DNA from: a virus | Taxonomy: Duplodnaviria > Caudoviricetes | Length of the DNA: 51,413 nucleotides | Virus record (IMG/VR): IMGVR_UViG_3300032330_001647 | Span: 1-51,413 of that record | Reading direction: 5' to 3' (one strand) | Part shown: piece after piece, positions 45,147 to 51,413 of the stretch | Position numbering within the stretch: the stretch's first letter is position 1 | How the letters are laid out: each line of letters begins with the position of its first letter | The notes under the pieces: generated by a model | What the model saw: only the letters and a program-made list of their open reading frames with translations | Told to the model about the DNA's origin: nothing | The model's database searches: none | Program-made: the position numbers and the translations under genes

Positions 45147-48100
45147 TTATTTGTTTTCTAAAGCTTGTACTTTGGCTTCAAGTGTTTTAACTTTTAGGCT
45201 TAGTTCTTGTACTGCTTTAATTAGTGGAGTCATTAGATTGCCTGGGGTAGCTTCTAATTTATCTGGGTTAGATTCGTATACTAAATTTAAGTATTGAGTT
45301 CCCGTTTCTTCTTGTAGAGCTTTTAATTCTTGAGCAATAAAGCCAACTTGAATTGATGAGTCTTTTTTGCTACCATCTCTATTACCATCACTATACCATT
45401 CACGTTTATCCCACTTGAATGTTACAGGACGCAACTTATTGATAAAATCTAGACCAATTGGTATATTCGTTATGTCAGCTTTATCACGCATATCTGATAA
45501 TGCTGTTATAGTAGTTACTTGACAACGAAGTGTAGCTACAGCAGCATTACCCAAAGTAATTTCGTTTGTAGCTGTAGCCGATGTAGCCGCTGCATTGTAA
45601 CCAATTATTGTTAGATTTGTACCAGTTGTTACTGCGGATCCAGCATTATATCCAATCGATGTATTTTGTGTTCCAGTTGTATTGCTTAATAATGCTCTAA
45701 ATCCAAATGCGCTATTACCAATACTTCCAGATGTTGCAAATAATGCTCTATATCCGAAAGCACTGTTACCATTCCCAGTGACACTGTTTTGCAATGCTTG
45801 ATTGCCCATTGCAACGCTACCAGATCCAATCGTGTTGCTTGCTAATGCTCTATAACCGAAAGCATTATTATTATTACCAGTTGTATTTTTATATAATGTT
45901 TGATGTCCAAATGAACTATTTCTATTGCCTGCTGTATTGCTCATTAAAGCTTGTACACCAAATGCACTATTATTTGTACCAGTTGAATTAGCATTTAATG
46001 ATTTATATCCAAATGCGCTGTTTACACCACTAGTATTAAATTTAAGAGATCCATCACCAAAAGCACTATTGGTATTTGTGGTATTGTTTGATAATGCTTG
46101 ATAACCAAATGCACTATTACCACTACCAATAAAATTGCTTACTAATGCTAAATGTCCAAATGCACTATTTCTATTACCTGTTGAAGTATTGAATAATGCT
46201 TTATAACCAAAAGCATTAGTATTACTTGATTGAATATTTCTTAAAGCAGAATAACCGAATGCATTGTTACGAGATCCGTTGAAAGCAAAGAACATTGCAT
46301 TTGAACCAAATGCACAATTTTGTGAAACACCAGGATATTGCGCCGCACCAAAACCTACAGCTGTATTATCTATACCAGTTGTATTGCTTGCTAATGCTAA
46401 AGTACCCAATGCTGTATTTCTATTACCAGTAGTATTATTTAATAATGATTGAACACCAAATGCACTATTTTGAGTACCAGTTGTATTTGCTGTTAGTGCT
46501 TGAAAACCAAACGCAACATTAAAATTACCAGTGGTATTGTTTCTAAGCGCATTATGTCCAAAAGCAGCACTTCCAGATCCAATTGTATTACTTGCTAATG
46601 CTTGATAACCAAATGCACTATTATTAGTACCAGTAGTATTGCTTGCTAATGTTCTATAACCAACTGCTGTATTTCTAGTACCGATAGTATTTGCTGTTAA
46701 TGCTAACGCACCCATCGCAACATTAAAATTACCAGTGGTATTATTCTTAAGCGCTTGATGTCCAAAAGCAGCACTGCCAGATCCAATTGTGTTACTTGTC
46801 AATGCTTGATAACCAAATGCATTATTACTAGTACCAGTGGTATTAAGATACAGCGCTTTATAACCAAATGCACTGTTATTGTTTGTGGTATTTTTACTTA
46901 AAGCATAATGACCAAATCCCGAATTATTTGAACCATTTGTTCCAGTACCCAATGCAGATACACCAAATGCATTATTTTTAATACCTGTAATATTGCTTGC
47001 TAATGCTAAATAACCAAATGCAGTATTTCTTGCACCGGTTGTATTGTTTTGTAAAGCACCGTGACCAAATGCACTATTAGAAAATCCAGTTGTATTGCTC
47101 GCTAGCGATCTATAGCCAAATGCGCTATTACCACCAGCTGTGGTATTTAATTGTAACGATTGTACACCAACCGCTGTATTTCTAGCACCAGTGGTATTTG
47201 CAGTTAGTGCTAACGCACCCATCGCAACATTAAAACTACCAGTGGTATTGTTTCTAAGCGCATTATGTCCAAAAGCAGCACTTCCAGATCCAATTGTATT
47301 GCTTGCTAATGCTTGAAAACCAAATGCATTATTATTATTACCAGTTGTATTGCTTGTTAATGCTTTATAACCAAATGCACTATTAATACCAGTTGTATTA
47401 CGCGCTAATGCTTTATAACCAAATGCACTATTATTGTTTGTGGTATTAAAATACAAAGTTCTATAACCAAATGCACTATTTCTATTACCAATTAAATTAC
47501 TAGTTAATGCTGAATAACCAAATGCACTATTTTTAGTACCAGTTGTATTTGATTGTAACGCTTGAACACCAAAAGCACTATTGAGTTGACCAGTTGTATT
47601 AACAAATAAAGCTCTATAACCAAATGCACTATTTCTATTTCCCTCTGTATTATTATTTAATGCCAAATAACCAAATGCGCTATTGTTTATACCAATTGTA
47701 TTACTTGCTAATGCTAGACTACCAAATGCACTATTACTAGTACCTGTTGTGTTATTTAATAATGATCTATAACCAAATGCGCTATTGCTTATACCAATTG
47801 TATTACTTGCTAATGCTGAATAACCAAATGCACTATTTCTAGTACCTGTTGTGTTATTTAATAATGCTTTATAACCAAATGCACTATTATAGTTTACGGT
47901 ATTATTTTTCAAAGCATATTTACCAAAAGCACTATTACCATAACCATCTGTGTTTATTGCCAATGCCGCAGTACCAGCCGCCGTGTTATTATAACCAGTA
48001 TTATTCAATATCATAGCATAATAACCAACTGCAACATTATTATAACCAGACTGGTTATAAATCATTGCTTCTGCACCAATTGCAACGTTACCTTGACCTG

Positions 48101-48668
48101 TAGTGTTGTATTTTAATGTGTCAGCTCCGCATGCGGTATTATTATACCCAAGATTGTTGAGTAATGCGTAAGCTCCAAATGCACTATTATTATATCCAGT
48201 AACATTACTTGATAATGCTTTGTAACCAAAAGCACTATTTCTATCTGCGATAGTATTTGATAGTGTAAAAGAGCCAAAAGCACTATTACCATTACCCGTT
48301 GTATTACTTGCTAATGCATTATAACCAAAAGCACTGTTATTGGTACCGGTAGTATTTACAGCTAATGCTTTATAACCAACGGCGGTATTATTTACGCCTG
48401 TATTAACATTACCAGCTTGAAAACCTAATGCAGTTTCAAATGGACTCACACTATCTGTTTGGCCAATTAAACCACCAGCACTTGCTAATGCGTAACTAGC
48501 TGTAGCATATATTCTGCCTTTACCATTGGTTGTATAAAAATTACTTGATGTTAATGATGCTTGATATGTAAGATTACTACCAGTGATCATTAATTTTCTA
48601 ACTGTATTAGAACCATCTTGAAAACTGATATTTTTACTAGCCGGCGTTATAATAATGTCATTTGGCAT
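45147..48668 (-). CDS. repeat-rich tail fibre with C-terminal intramolecular chaperone (peptidase S74)
   Basis: tandem NSAFGYxAL..NTTG repeats; SDMRDK..I...GLDFINKLRPVTFKW...GFIAQE + terminal coiled coil. Confidence 0.85.
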   Translation of the reverse strand: MPNDIIITPASKNISFQDGSNTVRKLMITGSNLTYQASLTSSNFYTTNGKGRIYATASYALASAGGLIGQTDSVSPFETALGFQAGNVNTGVNNTAVGYKALAVNTTGTNNSAFGYNALASNTTGNGNSAFGSFTLSNTIADRNSAFGYKALSSNVTGYNNSAFGAYALLNNLGYNNTACGADTLKYNTTGQGNVAIGAEAMIYNQSGYNNVAVGYYAMILNNTGYNNTAAGTAALAINTDGYGNSAFGKYALKNNTVNYNSAFGYKALLNNTTGTRNSAFGYSALASNTIGISNSAFGYRSLLNNTTGTSNSAFGSLALASNTIGINNSAFGYLALNNNTEGNRNSAFGYRALFVNTTGQLNSAFGVQALQSNTTGTKNSAFGYSALTSNLIGNRNSAFGYRTLYFNTTNNNSAFGYKALARNTTGINSAFGYKALTSNTTGNNNNAFGFQALASNTIGSGSAAFGHNALRNNTTGSFNVAMGALALTANTTGARNTAVGVQSLQLNTTAGGNSAFGYRSLASNTTGFSNSAFGHGALQNNTTGARNTAFGYLALASNITGIKNNAFGVSALGTGTNGSNNSGFGHYALSKNTTNNNSAFGYKALYLNTTGTSNNAFGYQALTSNTIGSGSAAFGHQALKNNTTGNFNVAMGALALTANTIGTRNTAVGYRTLASNTTGTNNSAFGYQALASNTIGSGSAAFGHNALRNNTTGNFNVAFGFQALTANTTGTQNSAFGVQSLLNNTTGNRNTALGTLALASNTTGIDNTAVGFGAAQYPGVSQNCAFGSNAMFFAFNGSRNNAFGYSALRNIQSSNTNAFGYKALFNTSTGNRNSAFGHLALVSNFIGSGNSAFGYQALSNNTTNTNSAFGDGSLKFNTSGVNSAFGYKSLNANSTGTNNSAFGVQALMSNTAGNRNSSFGHQTLYKNTTGNNNNAFGYRALASNTIGSGSVAMGNQALQNSVTGNGNSAFGYRALFATSGSIGNSAFGFRALLSNTTGTQNTSIGYNAGSAVTTGTNLTIIGYNAAATSATATNEITLGNAAVATLRCQVTTITALSDMRDKADITNIPIGLDFINKLRPVTFKWDKREWYSDGNRDGSKKDSSIQVGFIAQELKALQEETGTQYLNLVYESNPDKLEATPGNLMTPLIKAVQELSLKVKTLEAKVQALENK
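45560..48440 (-). repeat. tandem ~15-17 aa (45-51 bp) coding repeats
   Basis: recurrent ACCAAATGCACTATT core on +; limits approximate. Confidence 0.85.
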
Positions 48669-48698
48669 ATGTTATATATTCTTATATGTTTATAAATA

Positions 48699-51413
48699 TT
48701 ATAGTTCTACGATTAGTTTAGGTATATCTTTACGTTCACCCACCACATAATAATAACAATTTATTGCATTATTGTTATTGTTTGCAATAGTTACACTATT
48801 ATTTTGTATAGATTCTACATACAATTGTTGATAAGATCCAATTGGGGTAATTGTTACAGTAATTGTATTGTTATCAACTAGATATGGCCAATAATCAGGC
48901 AAATCAATTGTATTATTATTTGTTAGTTTACCCCGCACAAATACTGTATGTTCAGGAGCTTCAGTTACACCATGTTGCAAATATTTATCAGATTTAGCTG
49001 GATCTGGATGCTTAATTATGAAACTCTTGGTTGTAGCACCAAAACTACCACTAACTCTCAACTTATAAGTGCCAGGAGCAGATGTACCTATACCTACACT
49101 ACTACCACTAACAACCAAAGCATTAGTACCATAAGTACCCATCACAATTCTGTTGTTACTGAATACTTCCATTACAGGTATACCAGCAATAGTGTTTACG
49201 CTAAACAAACTACCACTCAATTGATCTGTAATTTCAAATAGTGTACCATTACCACCGTCAACTTTGAATACACTCTTGTTGCTACCAGATCCATACAAAT
49301 GTAGTGTTGAGGTTGGAGTCTTGTATCCTATACCAACAGATCCAGTTGTTGCTGTAGTTCCTTCACCAAAACTACCTGTAGCATATATTATGTTAGCAAT
49401 GTTTAATTGTCCATTACCAGTGGCTACAGGAGCATCAATGTTGTAACCAATGATAATATTTTTATTGCCCGTGGTAATTGCATCACCCGCTTGATATCCG
49501 ATAGCAATATTATTGCTACCAACTGTATTGCTTGCTAATGCTAAAGTACCAAATGCGGTATTATTGGCGCCTGTTGTGTTGCTATTTAATGCTTGACTAC
49601 CAAATGCGCTATTGGATGAACCGATTGTGTTTACTAATAATGCTCTATGACCAAATGCGCTATTTGTTGTACCAGTTGTATTATTTGCTAATGTTTGGTA
49701 ACCGAATGCATTGTTATTGTTTGTAGTATTACTCTTTAGAGCAGAATAACCGAAAGCATTATTAGATTGACCAACGGTATTTGCGGACAATGCTTGATAT
49801 CCAAATGAGTTATTAAATCTACCAGTTGTGTTATTTTGTAAAGCACTACGACCAAAAGCATTGTTACGATTACCAGTTGTGTTTGCTGATAATGCTAAAT
49901 AACCAAATGCATTATTATCAATACCAATTGTATTAGACGATAAACTACCTCTACCTACAGCTGTATTATTTTGACCAGTGGTATTATTTTGTAAAGATCC
50001 GTGACCAACTGCGCTGTTACTTACACCAATTGTATTGCTTGCTAATGATCTATAACCAAATGCACTATTAGCTGTACCAGTTGTATTTGATTGTAATGCT
50101 TGATAACCGAAAGCATTGTTATTGTTTGTGGTATTATTTTGTAATGCTTGATGACCAAATGCATTATTATTGTTACCAACTGTATTACTTGCCAAAGCAT
50201 TTAAACCAAATGCATTATTATTTATACCGGTTGTATTATTTTGTAATGCACTTCTACCAAACGCGCTATTGTTATTTGTTGTATTTGCTTTTAAAGCATA
50301 ATAACCAAATGCGCTGTTATTACTACCAACTTGATTGTTTTGTAAAGAAGTTCTACCTACAGCTGTATTAGCACTACCTGATGTATTACCACCCAAAGCG
50401 TTTACACCTATAGCAGTATTACTTGTACCAGTATTATTAGCCTGTAAAGCATTTAGACCCATGGCTGTATTATTTACGCCAGTGGTATTGTTTTGTAATG
50501 TTTGATATCCTACAGCTGTATTATTTACGCCCGTTGTATTATTTTGCAATGTTTGATGTCCTATAGCTGTATTATTTGTACCTATTGTATTGCTTGCTAA
50601 TGAATTGTAACCAAATGCGTTATTACCAGTACCAGTTGTATTACTTATTAGTGCTTGAAAACCAAATGCATTATTATTACTTACGGTATTATTTAAAAGA
50701 GCATATCTACCAAAAGCACAGTTACTATTGCCGACAAGATTGTTATACAATGCTGCTCTACCCACAGCAACATTACTACCACCAGTTGTATTTAATCCTA
50801 ATGCTTGATCGCCTACTGCTACATTAAATGTACCAATTGTATTGTTAAGTAAAGATGCAAATCCAACAGCAACATTATAATTACCAGTTGTATTACTTGT
50901 TAATGCTTTATAACCGAAAGCGCTATTTCTAATACCTATGGTATTGCTTGCTAATGCTAAATAACCAAATGCACTATTTGCGATACCAGTGGTATTGCTT
51001 GTTAATGCTTTATAACCAAATGCACTATTATTATTTGTGGTATTAGCTGATAATGCGTAATAACCGAAAGCACTATTTTTACTACCCACCAAATTTTGTC
51101 TTAGTGCCGAAGTACCAAAAGAACTGTTCTTTGTACCAGTGGTATTTAGATTCATTGCTTTGTAACCAAAAGCATTATTTCCAGTACCAGTTGTATTGCT
51201 TGATAATGATGCATAACCGAAAGCACTATTATTTATACCGGTTGTATTACTTCCCAATGCCAATGTACCAAATGCACTGTTATTATTACCAATTGTATTA
51301 GCAATCATAGTGGCATATCCAACAGCGACATTTCTGCTACCACTTGTATTACTTGCTAAAGCACTACGACCTATTGCTGTATTAACTCCACCTGTAGTAT
51401 TAGCATATAAAGC
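48699..51413 (-). CDS. repeat-rich tail fibre-like protein, 5' truncated by window edge
   Basis: frame stays open to 51413 (ALYANTTGGVNTAIG...); same repeats; C-terminal GSVGIG..P motifs and KSFIIKHP...LPDYW...GERKD domain. Confidence 0.8.
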   Translation of the reverse strand, partial: ALYANTTGGVNTAIGRSALASNTSGSRNVAVGYATMIANTIGNNNSAFGTLALGSNTTGINNSAFGYASLSSNTTGTGNNAFGYKAMNLNTTGTKNSSFGTSALRQNLVGSKNSAFGYYALSANTTNNNSAFGYKALTSNTTGIANSAFGYLALASNTIGIRNSAFGYKALTSNTTGNYNVAVGFASLLNNTIGTFNVAVGDQALGLNTTGGSNVAVGRAALYNNLVGNSNCAFGRYALLNNTVSNNNAFGFQALISNTTGTGNNAFGYNSLASNTIGTNNTAIGHQTLQNNTTGVNNTAVGYQTLQNNTTGVNNTAMGLNALQANNTGTSNTAIGVNALGGNTSGSANTAVGRTSLQNNQVGSNNSAFGYYALKANTTNNNSAFGRSALQNNTTGINNNAFGLNALASNTVGNNNNAFGHQALQNNTTNNNNAFGYQALQSNTTGTANSAFGYRSLASNTIGVSNSAVGHGSLQNNTTGQNNTAVGRGSLSSNTIGIDNNAFGYLALSANTTGNRNNAFGRSALQNNTTGRFNNSFGYQALSANTVGQSNNAFGYSALKSNTTNNNNAFGYQTLANNTTGTTNSAFGHRALLVNTIGSSNSAFGSQALNSNTTGANNTAFGTLALASNTVGSNNIAIGYQAGDAITTGNKNIIIGYNIDAPVATGNGQLNIANIIYATGSFGEGTTATTGSVGIGYKTPTSTLHLYGSGSNKSVFKVDGGNGTLFEITDQLSGSLFSVNTIAGIPVMEVFSNNRIVMGTYGTNALVVSGSSVGIGTSAPGTYKLRVSGSFGATTKSFIIKHPDPAKSDKYLQHGVTEAPEHTVFVRGKLTNNNTIDLPDYWPYLVDNNTITVTITPIGSYQQLYVESIQNNSVTIANNNNNAINCYYYVVGERKDIPKLIVEL
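49450..51413 (-). repeat. tandem ~16-17 aa coding repeats
   Basis: NNAFG/NSAFG/NTAVG...AL..NTTG units; limits approximate. Confidence 0.85.

Noticed and set aside
45794-51301. Short + strand ORFs rich in Y/L/C/M
   Set aside because: Shadow frames of the repetitive - strand fibre genes.
45147-51413. CRISPR array or DGR template/variable repeat in the repetitive region
   Set aside because: Repeats are in-frame coding units without unique spacers, differences are not adenine-specific, and no reverse transcriptase is present in the window.
1-51413. Stop-codon reassignment as seen in some large phages
   Set aside because: Known genes are full length in code 11, and TAA, TGA and TAG all act as stops.
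1-51413. tRNA genes or self-splicing introns
   Set aside because: No cloverleaf/T-arm motif seen in the short intergenic gaps; thyA, the ligases and NAMPT appear uninterrupted (not verified with tRNAscan or Infernal).

Overview
AT-rich segment of a large tailed dsDNA phage genome (standard genetic code; no rRNA, tRNA or CRISPR array seen). About 1-40,020 is a dense, mostly + strand early/middle region. It holds NAD salvage (NMNAT-Nudix + NAMPT), a PlcP-like phosphoesterase + glycosyltransferase pair, APS kinase, DHFR/ThyA/dCMP deaminase, RNA-repair genes (two RNA ligases, PNK, phosphoesterases, Pth2, nucleotidyltransferase), a GIY-YIG-helicase / degenerate-MTase-like / Mom-like three-gene unit, DNA ligase and many small hypothetical genes. 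Many of these genes have sigma70-type promoters placed so close to the ATG that the mRNAs should be leaderless. About 40,056-51,413 is a - strand block of glycosyltransferases and sulfotransferases downstream of two Asn-rich repeat tail fibres. Two related tnpA-less IS200/IS605 (tnpB-only) elements are inserted. Their ends can be fixed to the base: both sit 3' of TCAT (i.e. immediately before an ATGA start on the opposite strand), both carry an outward sigma70 promoter aimed at the displaced gene, and both encode a TnpB lacking the zinc-finger cysteines. Secreted EF-hand, Tat and prepilin-type genes hint at a PVC-group (e.g. Verrucomicrobia) host (inference). All family calls come from motif recognition by eye; no database searches were run.
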